From positions 672,001 to 736,000 of the forward strand of contig CAWFQB010000002.1 of the NCBI GenBank assembly GCA_963817895.1: a stretch of DNA of 64,000 nucleotides, given 5' to 3'. Below the pieces are notes generated by a model, which searched no databases, was not told where the DNA came from, and saw only the letters and a list, made by a program, of their open reading frames with translations. This document shows, piece after piece, positions 50,119 through 60,672 of this stretch; within the stretch, counting starts at the first letter, position 1, and every line of letters starts with the position of its first letter. Source of the DNA: an uncultured Chthonomonadaceae bacterium (GTDB lineage Bacteria > Armatimonadota > Chthonomonadetes > Chthonomonadales > Chthonomonadaceae). The position numbers were made by a program, and so were the translations under genes.

Positions 50119-52926
50119 TCAGGGGCGACTCCGGTTGCCCGTTCTTTCGCTTAAATTGCTCAAGCGGCTTTGCTTAGTTGACCGGAAGCTTCCGCAGGCG
50201 CGGGCGATGCCGACAATCGCTGTTTTCGCGGCGCGCAGGAATGCCGCCGCCACTTCGGGATCGAACTGTGTCCCGATATTCGCGCGCACTTCCGCCAGCG
50301 CCACTTCCCAATCCATGCCGCGCCGATAGGGACGGTGTGTGGTCATTGCGCTGACCGCATCGGCCACTGCGGCAATGCGCCCCAGCAGCGGAATGGCCTC
50401 GCCCCTTAGTCCATCGGGGTAGCCTTTGCCATCCCAGCGCTCATGGTGCGAACGCACCACTTCGACAACGTTTTTCATGCCCGGCAAAGAGCTGACGATG
50501 AGCGCGCCCAACAGGGGATGCTGTTTCAGAATATTGTATTCCTCGTCTGTCAACCGCCCCGGCTTGCGTAATATCTCATCGGGAACCCCGATCTTCCCAA
50601 CATCATGCAGTAGCCCCCCGATACGCAAAGCCCGCAGGGTCTCCTCAGACAGTCCCATCTCTTCTGCAATCCACAGCGCATACTCGGTAACGTCTTCGGA
50701 ATGTTGGCGCGTGTAGCGGTCTTTGTTGTCAACGGCGGAAACCATTGAATCCAGAACGCCATAAGAAGCCTCGGCCCGAAACTCCCGATTCGCGCGCTGA
50801 AATTCGGTGCTGCGTCCGATGCTGTCTCCTGACAGCTTGGCCGAATACAGATTTTTATCGGCGATGGTCAATAGTTCGTGGCGGTTGCCGCTGTCATCAG
50901 GAAACGAGGCAAGACCGAAACTGAGGGTGATGGGGATAACGCGGTCGTCGCTACGCCGGCGAAATCCCTCCGCCATGAGATGAGCGCTCATGCGCTCGGC
51001 GCTCTGCACGGCAGTTTCCATCGTAGTATTCGGCATCACGACGATAAATTCGTCACCCCCGTAACGCCCCAGGATGGCGGCAGGCGGACACTCCGCCCGC
51101 ATGGTTTCCGCCACGCGCCGCAACACCTGATCGCCGACCGGATGCCCGTAAGTGTCATTGAACAGCTTGAAGTTGTTCAAATCCAGCATCATGACGGCAA
51201 CGGACTGGCTGTGGTCGCGCGCCTGTGCCAGCGCTTTGTCCAGACGCTGGTGCATGGCGCGGTGATTGAGCAGGCCCGTTACCGAGTCGCAATCGGCGGC
51301 CTTCACTGCCGTTGCGTACAAACGGGCATTTTCCAGAGCTGTTGCCACTGCCAGCCCGATGCTTTGGAGCAGTTCGGCTTCCGCAGGTTCAAAGCCGGAC
51401 TGCCAGCGGAGGACGCCGATCATGCCGCGCAACCGATGCTGCCACAATAACGGGGCGCGGAGGCAATAACCCTCCCCGGCTTCCCCGCTCGCTGCCGCTG
51501 CCTCGTGATTGCCCTGCGCGTTCGTTGTTGCGGCAGACAGGGGCGAGACTGCTGTCGTGGGCAGCGGCAGCGCGATTACCTCAGTGTACGCAAGCAGGGG
51601 CAGGTGTTCCAGATAAGCAAGCATTTCAGGCAGAATGACTGTCTTGCCGACCGGCAGCAGCGCAGCGCGCGTGTTCGATTCCGGCGCATTTTCCGGCTGC
51701 GGTTCCCCGGCTTCGGACAGCCATATCACGACGGCATCCGCCTGGAACGCCTCCTGTGCCTGCTCCCCGGCCAGCGTCAGCACCTCTTCTACATTCAGCG
51801 TATTATTGACAGCCGTGTTGATTCGCAGCAGGGCGCTGAGTTGTTCGGTGCGCCGCGCGACTCTGTGTTCCAGAGTTTCATTAAATGTCACCAACTGACG
51901 TGATAACTGCCGGTTTTCGAGCAACGTGAAAACCTGCCGCACGAGTACCAGAACCAGCATGAGCAGGCCGATACACAACGTTTCATTGCTGATTTGCTTG
52001 TTGCCATGCGAATAATCATGCAGAGAAATAATCAGGAAGGCGCCCAGGCTGGCAACATACGGCATAAACATCGAGATCAGGCGCGGAACAGCCAGAAGAG
52101 GATAAGTTCTGGACGCTTTGCTGCCCTCAATACTCAGATTCTGGGCCTTGCAAAACGGTATCAGAGCGGCAATACCAATCGAGAAAGACCCCAACGGCCA
52201 GCCTACATCCGTCCAGGAACCATCATGGAACGCGTTGTGCAGGCGGGTAAAAGCGTAAACGAAGTCGGCAAATGTCCACGCGACGATTCCGCCAGCCAGA
52301 AACAGCAGTGAACGCCGCAGATCGCGGTTTGTAGAAGGGCTGTTAATAAGGACGATAGCGCCAAAAAAGGCGGCGAAGTCGCCAAGCGGACAGGCAACGC
52401 TGACGAGTTTTCCCAGGCGCGAAACCCCGGATTGCTGCCAGATGCGTTCCACCAGGAAGTACCAGCCCAGAGCGGCCAGGCTGCTGTTGGCAATCGCGCT
52501 GTCGAGCAGCAGGCGCATACGGCCCGCCTGCGGCATGCTGCCGAACAGGGCAAGCACGCCTCCGATGAGCAGGGGAAAAACGAGCAGCCACGCGGCGTCG
52601 TCCCATCCGGGATAGGGCGCTTCCATACGACGGATGCCGACATAATAAAAATAGATGACATCGCCAGTGGAATAGGTCAGGCACGCGAGGCCAATCAGCA
52701 GCCAGCCGCGCTGACGCGCCACGCTGCTATGACGACCAAAACAGGCGTACACAAGGTTGCAGCAGGCAGCAAACAGATGCGGACCAATTTGCAGGAAGTA
52801 TTGAAACGTTTGCCCGGAGGTGCCCTGTCCCCGTTGCGCTATGTAGAGCAAGAGATAAAGGAGCGGGAAACCAATAGCGCTCAGGAGGACGGCGTATTTG
52901 TGTCGAGGCCAGTTTATAGTTCGCAT
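50119..52926 (-). CDS. Multi-TM sensor-GAF-GGDEF-HD-GYP c-di-GMP signalling protein
   Basis: About 8-9 TMs; GAF ending ALENARLY; DSVTGLLN, FKLFNDTYGH, RYGGDEF; LLHDVGKIG, HHERWDGKGYP. Confidence 0.93.
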   Translation of the reverse strand: MRTINWPRHKYAVLLSAIGFPLLYLLLYIAQRGQGTSGQTFQYFLQIGPHLFAACCNLVYACFGRHSSVARQRGWLLIGLACLTYSTGDVIYFYYVGIRRMEAPYPGWDDAAWLLVFPLLIGGVLALFGSMPQAGRMRLLLDSAIANSSLAALGWYFLVERIWQQSGVSRLGKLVSVACPLGDFAAFFGAIVLINSPSTNRDLRRSLLFLAGGIVAWTFADFVYAFTRLHNAFHDGSWTDVGWPLGSFSIGIAALIPFCKAQNLSIEGSKASRTYPLLAVPRLISMFMPYVASLGAFLIISLHDYSHGNKQISNETLCIGLLMLVLVLVRQVFTLLENRQLSRQLVTFNETLEHRVARRTEQLSALLRINTAVNNTLNVEEVLTLAGEQAQEAFQADAVVIWLSEAGEPQPENAPESNTRAALLPVGKTVILPEMLAYLEHLPLLAYTEVIALPLPTTAVSPLSAATTNAQGNHEAAAASGEAGEGYCLRAPLLWQHRLRGMIGVLRWQSGFEPAEAELLQSIGLAVATALENARLYATAVKAADCDSVTGLLNHRAMHQRLDKALAQARDHSQSVAVMMLDLNNFKLFNDTYGHPVGDQVLRRVAETMRAECPPAAILGRYGGDEFIVVMPNTTMETAVQSAERMSAHLMAEGFRRRSDDRVIPITLSFGLASFPDDSGNRHELLTIADKNLYSAKLSGDSIGRSTEFQRANREFRAEASYGVLDSMVSAVDNKDRYTRQHSEDVTEYALWIAEEMGLSEETLRALRIGGLLHDVGKIGVPDEILRKPGRLTDEEYNILKQHPLLGALIVSSLPGMKNVVEVVRSHHERWDGKGYPDGLRGEAIPLLGRIAAVADAVSAMTTHRPYRRGMDWEVALAEVRANIGTQFDPEVAAAFLRAAKTAIVGIARACGSFRSTKQSRLSNLSERTGNRSRP

Positions 52927-53161
52927 GTTCTAAAACCACATCGTTATCAACTGGAATTTGTGTTGAACTCCTGAAGCATCCGCTAAGATGTAAAGGCAGC
53001 AGGGAGTTGATGTATTTGCCTGCCTCTGAGTCGCGTACCGATTAAGGCACATACCATTGTCGGCGCAAGATGGGGGTAACTTGAGAATAGAGGTCGCGTG
53101 GGGAAATTAGAACAACAATTTTATTGCGAAATAATTTACCGCCAAATTTTGTCATAAAGGC

Positions 53162-53190
53162 TTGACAGAAATTAACCAGCCGAGTATACT
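53162..53190 (+). promoter_or_regulatory. Near-consensus sigma70 promoter
   Basis: TTGACA-17 nt-TATACT, about 240 nt upstream of the aminotransferase ATG. Confidence 0.75.
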
Positions 53191-53429
53191 GGCAAAGTTG
53201 CGGTACATTCCCATACATTTTCTTCTCCGGGCATCGTGTCGCGCAACGCTCCTCTTTTTTTATTTAGCCTTGTATTTAGCCTTGCTTTGCGCCCCGTCAG
53301 CGCTGCCCGGATCCCACGCCGGATCATCAAGGAATGGTAGACTCCTCGAATCGCCTCTTACAGCGGTAACGGCTTTGATTAGCCCTGCCGCTGCCATCAT
53401 CCTTTACTAAGGAAGGGTCGCTATTCGCC

Positions 53430-54770
53430 ATGTTTACCACGGACTCCATGATTCCTGTTTTGCCTGCCACCGGCGCTCTCAACAAAAGCGTGGCGCATTT
53501 TGCCCGACCCTCCGGCCCGGATTTGCTGGCCCGCACGGAAGCGTTTGCGCGCTGGCGCGACGCGCGGCAGGCAAACGAGGTATGGCCTTACTCACGCGCT
53601 ATACTGTCCTCGCCCGACGCCCATTGCGCCATACGCAACGAATCAGGCCGCTGTTCGGAGGGCATCAACTTCGCCAATACGGACTATCTGGGGCTGTCCA
53701 CACACTCCTCTATTCGGGAAGCGGCTGTCCGCGCCATTTACGAGTACGGTACGCACAGTCCCAGTTCTCCGATGCTGCAAGGCAATACGGGGCTGTCGCT
53801 GTCGCTGGAAGCCGCCCTGAGCGAATGGCTGCAAATGGAGCATGTGGCTCTGTTCACGACGGGATGGGCAGCCGGTTTCGGCTGCATCACCGCGCTTGTG
53901 CGGCCTGCCGACCATGTCATTCTGGATAATCTGGCGCATGCCTGCTTACAACAGGGCGCGCAGTTCGCCACGCAAAACATCCATCGCCATGCCCATCTGG
54001 ATATCGAAGGGGTACTGAAGCACCTGCAAGCCATTCGCCGGACCGACAGCAAGAACGGCATTCTGGTGGTATCGGAAGGGCTGTTCTCCATGGACTCGGA
54101 TGTTCCCGATCTCATGCGCTTGCAGCGGGTCTGCCGGGAATACGAGGCGACCCTGATGGTAGATGTGGCGCATGACCTGGGGTGCATGGGGCCGGACGGA
54201 ACGGGCATTATCGGCGCGCAGCAGATGTTAGGCCAGATTGATCTGGTAATGGGCGCTTTCTCCAAATCGTTCGGAACCAATGGCGGCTTTGTCGCCACAC
54301 GGTCTCATGCGGTTCGGCACTACATCAAGACTTATGGCGGCTCGCATCTGTTTTCTACCGCCATGTCGCCCGTCCAGGCTGCTGTCGCTCTGGAAGCCAT
54401 TCGGATCATCCGGTCGCAGGAAGGCGAAGCGTTGCGCGTCCGCCTGATGCAGAATGTGCATGCCCTGCGCAATGCTTTCATACCTTATGGGATCGCCTGC
54501 ATGGGCGAACCGACGCCAATCGTGCCGGTTCCCATCGGAAACGAAAAACTGGCTCGCGTATCCAGCGCGCTGCTGTTTGCTTCCAATGTCTTCGCCAATC
54601 TGGTCGAATTTCCCGCCGTCGCAGTCGGCAGCGCCCGATTCCGAATGCAGGTTATGTCCACACATTCGGAAGAAGACCTGCGGATAGGAGCCAGGTCCGT
54701 CTGCGAGGCTATATCTCAGGCCCACGACATGCTGAACGTTCCTGAAGAGGCTGTGGTGCAGATGAGATAA
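53430..54770 (+). CDS. PLP-dependent alpha-oxoamine synthase family (BioF/Kbl/SPT/CqsA-like)
   Basis: NFANTDYLGL, GWAAG, D.LAHAC, EGLFSMD, DVAHDLG, GAFSKSFG (PLP Lys), LFSTA, ARFR. Confidence 0.9.
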   Translation: MFTTDSMIPVLPATGALNKSVAHFARPSGPDLLARTEAFARWRDARQANEVWPYSRAILSSPDAHCAIRNESGRCSEGINFANTDYLGLSTHSSIREAAVRAIYEYGTHSPSSPMLQGNTGLSLSLEAALSEWLQMEHVALFTTGWAAGFGCITALVRPADHVILDNLAHACLQQGAQFATQNIHRHAHLDIEGVLKHLQAIRRTDSKNGILVVSEGLFSMDSDVPDLMRLQRVCREYEATLMVDVAHDLGCMGPDGTGIIGAQQMLGQIDLVMGAFSKSFGTNGGFVATRSHAVRHYIKTYGGSHLFSTAMSPVQAAVALEAIRIIRSQEGEALRVRLMQNVHALRNAFIPYGIACMGEPTPIVPVPIGNEKLARVSSALLFASNVFANLVEFPAVAVGSARFRMQVMSTHSEEDLRIGARSVCEAISQAHDMLNVPEEAVVQMR

Positions 54771-54843
54771 TAAGCAAGCGGATACCAGATGTTTCTCCTG
54801 TAACCTGACACGTCTCTAAAACTCTGTTCTGAATTTACTTTAA

Positions 54844-54886
54844 CCCCTCTCCTGACCGCGCCTGCGTCGCCAGGAGAGGGGCTTTT
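54844..54886 (+). terminator. Intrinsic terminator
   Basis: CCCCTCTCCTG...CAGGAGAGGGG followed by CTTTT. Confidence 0.7.
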
Positions 54887-54934
54887 CATGCTCTAATACT
54901 ATTCGTGTGCCTTGATTATCGTGGATAGCGGAGA

Positions 54935-55140
54935 GTTCTACCCTCATCCGGCCTCCGGCCACCTTCTCCCTGCAAAGGAGAAGGCTAAACTATTCAACGG
55001 GCGGTTGAATAGAAAAATGAGGAACCAGTTATACCGTCCGTTATACGCCTGAACCTAACCCATTATCAACGCGCCAGATGAACACGTTAGCCTTCTCCCT
55101 TGCAGGGAGAAGGTGGGCGAAGCCCGGATGAGGGTAGAAC
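54935..55140. repeat. REP/REPIN-like inverted doublet 1
   Basis: About 54-bp arms TTCTACCCTCATCCGG..CCACCTTCTCCCTGCAAAGGAGAAGGC in inverted orientation around a ~100-nt spacer. Confidence 0.85.
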
Positions 55141-55287
55141 CCCCCGTTCCTCCATTGTTTTCTGCCGCACAGCAGGAAGAAACACTGTGCAGGGCGTATA
55201 TTACCGCGCAATGTTTGCATATGCTGTATAAAGGCATGGTATCTACATGCCGCTCCGATTTCTTATGCAACACAAGGAGTTCTACTG

Positions 55288-58200
55288 TTGGCTACCGTAA
55301 ACTGGCTGCACCTGTCCGACTGGCATCAGGGCGGCGGCGATTTCGACCGCAAAGTTGTCGCGCAGGCGCTGGAAGACGACATCAAACGCCGCGCCGAGTT
55401 TGATCCGGTTTTGGAGCACATTGACTTTGTGTTCTTCACCGGCGACCTCGCCTTCAGCGGCAAGAAAACCGAGTACGAGGCGGCGCGTGACCTGCTGCTC
55501 GAACTGGTACGACAGGCGCTTAATCTGGACAAAGACCGCCTGTTCCTCATTCCCGGCAACCACGACCTTGACCGCAGCATGTTTCGACGTCTTCGGGCCG
55601 GAACTTCAACAACCCTTCACGTCGCAGCAGCAGGCCAATGAGTGGCTCACAGATGACGATTTGCGTGGCGATCTACTCAAGCCGTTCAGCGCGTACCAGA
55701 AGTTTGTCACGGAGTACGGCATACCGGACCTGCATTTCAGCGAAAACTGGCGGGTGATGCCGGTAGGGGATACGAAAGTCGGCATTTTCGGCGTGAATTC
55801 CGCCCTGATGTGCGGGCGCGAAGACCCGGTAACGAAGCAGAACGACGATAAGAACAAATTGACGGTCGGGGAGCCACAGGTGCATGACGCCCTTCGCGCC
55901 ATCAAGGACGCGCCGGTTCGTATCGGGCTGATCCATCACCCGTTCGATTGGCTGACCGAAACAGACGAGAACATCGTCGAAGCCCGGATGTACGAGGGCT
56001 GCGACTTCATTTTGCGCGGCCACGTTCACAAACCGCGCGTGGTCGTAACGAAAGGGACGCAGGGCGATTGCGTGATTATTCCGGGCGGGGCGTGTTTCGA
56101 TAAGCGCGTTCCCTATCGCATGGAGTACATCAACGCCTACAATTTCGTATCGTTCGACACCGAGACGCGGCAGGGAACCGTATACCTGCGGCGATGGAAC
56201 CTCGACAACACCGGATGGACAGCAGACACCGACCGCAGTAAGGACGGCAAATTCCCGTTCTCAACCGGTACACCGATTATAACCCCTCCCCAACACCCAA
56301 TACCCGACACCCAACACCCTCATTAGCCTCCCCGCAAGATGCCGACGTGCTTACGGGGAGGCAATGGGCGAACGTTCGGAACCAGTATTTCAAGTACCTG
56401 AGCGAACAGTGTCAGCATATCAATCCGCGTGGCATTGCGCTGAACGAAAACACGGTGACACTGCCGCTTGACGCCGTGTACGTGTCCCTCCGCGCCGAAC
56501 AGAAAGTGGAACGGCACAGTTCCGACTTTGCAGAACTGGTAAGGGGAATGGAACGTGATTTGGCAGACGTTGTTCCAGTCCTTTATGGGTCTGGTTCTTT
56601 CGGCGTAGGGCAAAAGAGTATACGTCCTGTGCGACAGCCGGAAATCGTCACGCGCAAGATGGAGTTGTATGAGGTTGTACAGCGGGAACGGCTGGCGGTG
56701 TTGTTGGGAGCGCCGGGAGCGGGCAAGACCACGCTGACGCGGTTCGTGACCGCACGGTTTGCGGAAGCGTGTCGAGCAGGCAAGCCGGACGTGACGGACA
56801 AGCCCGGCAATCGGTATGGCGACACGCGCCTGCCCATTTTGCTGCGCGTGGCCGAGTATGCGGAAGCATTGGAGAAGAACCGTAACCTGAGTTTGCGAGA
56901 GTTTCTGTCCGTACCCTTCCACGATACGGGCATTGCGGACGCGGAACGGGCGGAGTTCTTTGCAGCCGCCTTGCAGCAGGGGAAGGCGCTCATACTGCTG
57001 GATGGATTGGACGAGGTTGCGAGTGGAGCCGACCGCGCCCACATCGCCCGTCAAATCGAGAGTTTCGTGAGCGGGCTGGATGCAGGCTGCCGGGTTCTGG
57101 TCACAAGCCGCATTGTGGGCTACCGGGAAGCGCGGCTTGGAAGTGGGTTTGCCGAGTATCAGATGCTGGACATGGACGACGCGCAGGTGCAGGAGTTTCT
57201 CAACCGCTGGTGCGTGGAAGTGGAAACGTTCCAGACACCGGGGGCAGGCGAAACGGAGAACCGGCGCAAGGGATTGGAAGAGAGCGGAGGATTGCAGGCG
57301 GCAATTGGGCGCAGTGAGGGTGTGCGCAAACTGGCGACCAATCCTCTCCTCCTGACGATACTTGCCCTAATACACCGCAACCAGAAGCATCTGCCGGAGC
57401 GCCGCGTGGAATTGTATCGCATGGCTTCGGATACCCTGCTGCGCGAATGGCGACCGGCGCAAACGGGCATGAAAGGTGTGGAGGTGACGGAAGCCGAAGC
57501 CGAAACCCTGCTGCTGCCACTCGCATACACCATGCACAACACGGTGGAAACGGCCCTGCTGGACAGAGAAGATGCGCGTAAACTGCTGTGCAAGTTTGAC
57601 GCCGAGCCGCGTGGCCTGTCGCCGAAAGACCCCGCCGTACTGGAACGCATAGACGGTTTCCTAAAGCGTGTCGAGGAACATTCGGGTCTTCTCGTAATGC
57701 ACTCGACTGGAACCATTGGGTTCCTGCATCTGACGTTTCAGGAATACTTTGCCGCCCGCTATCTGGTCAACGACTTCGACGACGCGAAGATGCTGTTACG
57801 CAAGCATCGGCACAAAGCGCGGTGGGAGGAACCCCTGCGGCTTGCCATTGCCACACAAACGGGCGCGAACGCCGCCAAACTAATTCGCGCCGCGCTATGG
57901 CACAAGGAGGGGGCAAACACCGATACAGGCTATGAGCCGTCCGCGCACGAGAACATTCTGCGCCGTGACCTGCTGCTGACCGTGCGCTGTCTGGGCGATT
58001 GTGCCGCTATCGAGCCGACCTTGGCGCGCGAAATCGTTGACGAACTAACGGCCATCTGCCTGGACCGCAGCGACAAAGGCAACTACATGACGTTGCGCAA
58101 GCGCGTTCTTGACATGCTACCAGCACTGGCATCTTGTGAAATCGGTCATGAGATGCAGCGTCTGCTTCGCGTTGCCTTTGAGGGCGAAGATATGTATGTG

Positions 58201-59184
58201 CAGGTAAGCGCGGCAGGAGCGTTGGCACAACTTGGACAACCTATCGAGGCTATTGTGTCCTCCCTTCTCATGGCTCTCCAAGATGAAGATGGGACAGTAC
58301 GGAGGAACGTAGTATTTCCGTTAGGAAAGGTGGGACATAGTTCCCCGGAAGTGCTAGCCGCCGTTTTATCGGCTATCAAAGATAAATGGCCTTCTGTAAG
58401 GGGAAACGCAACGTTCGCGCTAGGGCAGATAGGACAGTCTTCCCCAGATGTGCTGACTGCCCCAGATGTGCTGACTGCCCTTTTTTCGGCACTCAAAGAT
58501 GAAAAGTGGCATGTACGGGAAAACGCGGCTTTCGCGCTACGGCAGATAGTGCAGTCTTCCCCAGATGTGCTTTTCCCCTATCTCACGGCTCTCCAAGACG
58601 AAGACGGTACGGTACAGAGAAACGCAGCATTTACGCTAGGAATGGTGGGGCATAGTTCCCCGGAAGTGCTACCAGCTCTGCTTACAGCTCTGAACGATGA
58701 GGACTGGAATGTACGAGAAAACGCAACCTTCGCGCTAGGGCAGATGGGGCAATCTTCCCCAGAGGTGCTGACTGCCCTGCTTACGGCTCTACAAGACAAA
58801 TGGCCGTCAGTGCGAGACAGTGCGGCATTTGCATTAGGTAAAATGGGATACAGTTCCCTAGAGGTATTGACTGCTCTTCTTATGGCTATCCAAGATGAAT
58901 ATAAGTATGTACGTGCGAGTGCAGCAGGTGCATTAGGTAAAACGGGGCATAGTTCCCCGGAAGTGTTAACTGCCCTACTCACGGCTCTTAACGATGAGGA
59001 CTGGAATGTACGAGAAAACGCAGCCTTCGCGCTAGGACGGATAGGACAGCCTTCTCCAAGTGTGTTGCCTGCACTGCTTACGGCTCTGAACGATGCTAAC
59101 GAGTTTGTGTGTAATTCGGCGTGGCAAGCACTGTGGACGCTGACGAGTGACCGGGCGGTTGGCTCGGGATCGGCGTCCGGGTGA
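55288..59184 (+). CDS. Calcineurin-like phosphoesterase-NACHT NTPase-HEAT repeat protein (NLR-like), broken by frameshifts near 55582 and 56318
   Basis: WLHLSDWH, TGDLA, IPGNHD, HHP, LRGHVH; LLGAPGAGKTT, LILLDGLDE, VTSR, NPLLL, FLHLTFQEYFAA, WEEP; about nine 33-aa HEAT repeats; AAGGAG RBS before TTG 55288. Confidence 0.85.
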
Positions 59185-59191
59185 TTGGGGC

Positions 59192-59391
59192 TTCTACCCT
59201 CATCCGGGCTTCGCCCACCTTCTCCCTGCAAGGGAGAAGGCGAAACTGTTCAATGGGCGGTTGAATGGGAGATAGAGGAGCCAATAAGAGAGCCATACGA
59301 TAAAAATCAAGGCAACATCCGCGCACTTGACTGCCACATTCGCCTTCTCCCTTGCAGGGAGAAGGTGGGCGAAGCCCGGATGAGGGTAGAA
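59192..59391. repeat. REP/REPIN-like inverted doublet 2
   Basis: Same arms as doublet 1; spacer partly homologous (TTCAA.GGGCGGTTGAAT). Confidence 0.85.
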
Positions 59392-59401
59392 ACTCCCGCC
59401 G

Positions 59402-60613
59402 TTATTGCGCCGTTTGGCAGGGGCGCAGCAAGTCGGAAACGAGGCGCGGCAGCCATCGCACACCGTACGCGTAGTCATCGAACAACAGCGCCTGCTGTGT
59501 GTTCAGGTCGAGAAAACCGGTTTTGAATACAGGACGCAGGTGACGATAAGCGACAAATGTGCTTGTGCAAAACGGGTTGAGATTGTGCAGTATGGGGCGG
59601 AGCATCCATTTCGCCAGTTTCCGAACCTGTTGCGGATTGCGCGGCGGCGGCATACGGCGCGAACAGGTGAGCGCAAACCACAGCAGGTTTCCATCCGGCG
59701 ACCAGACGGGCGCAGTCGCGTAGCTGCCGCCGCGCTGCCGGAGCGACATACAGGGTGGCAGGAACCACGCAAGTTCCTGCTCCTTCCCGCGCTCCATATC
59801 CCACAGACAGAGCCTGGATTCCTCCCGCATGTAGGCCAGTCGCCTGCCGTCCGGCGACCATGCGGGACAGGTTCCCTGCGTAGGCAGGAGGCGCGTCACG
59901 CCATCTACGAGCGAATAGGTGTAAATTTCGTTGTCAAGGCTCGACCACGCCAGTTTCGTGCCATCAGGACGCAGCGTGAGCGTCCAGCCGAAAGCGACAG
60001 AGGAGCAGAGCAGCGTGGTTTGACCGCTGTTCATGTCCACTCTCCAGAGTTCCTGTCCGTCTATGGAGCCATCCTGAGCGGTTCTCCCCAGGAAAATGAG
60101 GCCGCGCTGCCAGTCACACGCGATACCGTGCAAACGACGGTCAGGCGGGTCTTCATACAGGATGCGGAAATCTGTACCCTGTGTGGAAACGCGGCACAAA
60201 CGTATGGGAGGTATAGGCTGCGGGCCGCGCGCTTTTTGCGGTACGTTTGTTTGCAGCAGGAGCAACTCGGTGTTATCCGGCGAACAATCTCCCAGACTTG
60301 TCAGGTTAAATGACGGCGCGTTGGGGATTGCGGGAAGGTGTTGTATCGCGTTGGTTTCCGTGTCCATAGCCCACAGGCTGGTATCATAGCCATATAGCGT
60401 ACTGCCGTCAGGACTAAAACATGTGGTCAAGTGGGTGCGCGTCTCCTCTGCTGCGACGAGCTGCCGAAGTTCGTTCCCATTGATATTGGTAACAACGATG
60501 GCAGAACCGGAACATTTGATGCCTCCATGCACAATCCAATAGGGCGCGTCCAGATGGTCAGTGAAGCGGAAGCCGTCTGCAAGTTGTACGTCAGGGTGTA
60601 GGGTTGTGTTCAT
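59402..60613 (-). CDS. TolB-like / PD40 beta-propeller protein
   Basis: FSPDG, CSPDN, LRPDG, PAWSPDG, PVWSPDG repeats. Confidence 0.8.
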   Translation of the reverse strand: MNTTLHPDVQLADGFRFTDHLDAPYWIVHGGIKCSGSAIVVTNINGNELRQLVAAEETRTHLTTCFSPDGSTLYGYDTSLWAMDTETNAIQHLPAIPNAPSFNLTSLGDCSPDNTELLLLQTNVPQKARGPQPIPPIRLCRVSTQGTDFRILYEDPPDRRLHGIACDWQRGLIFLGRTAQDGSIDGQELWRVDMNSGQTTLLCSSVAFGWTLTLRPDGTKLAWSSLDNEIYTYSLVDGVTRLLPTQGTCPAWSPDGRRLAYMREESRLCLWDMERGKEQELAWFLPPCMSLRQRGGSYATAPVWSPDGNLLWFALTCSRRMPPPRNPQQVRKLAKWMLRPILHNLNPFCTSTFVAYRHLRPVFKTGFLDLNTQQALLFDDYAYGVRWLPRLVSDLLRPCQTAQ

Positions 60614-60672
60614 GGCAGTGAGCAGGAATATGGCAAAACAACGATTGCAGGCGTACCGAGAATGGTAGATTG

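Noticed and set aside
53430..54770. Calling the synthase bioF or cqsA
   Set aside because: The family is clear but the subfamily cannot be determined by eye, and there is no biotin operon context.
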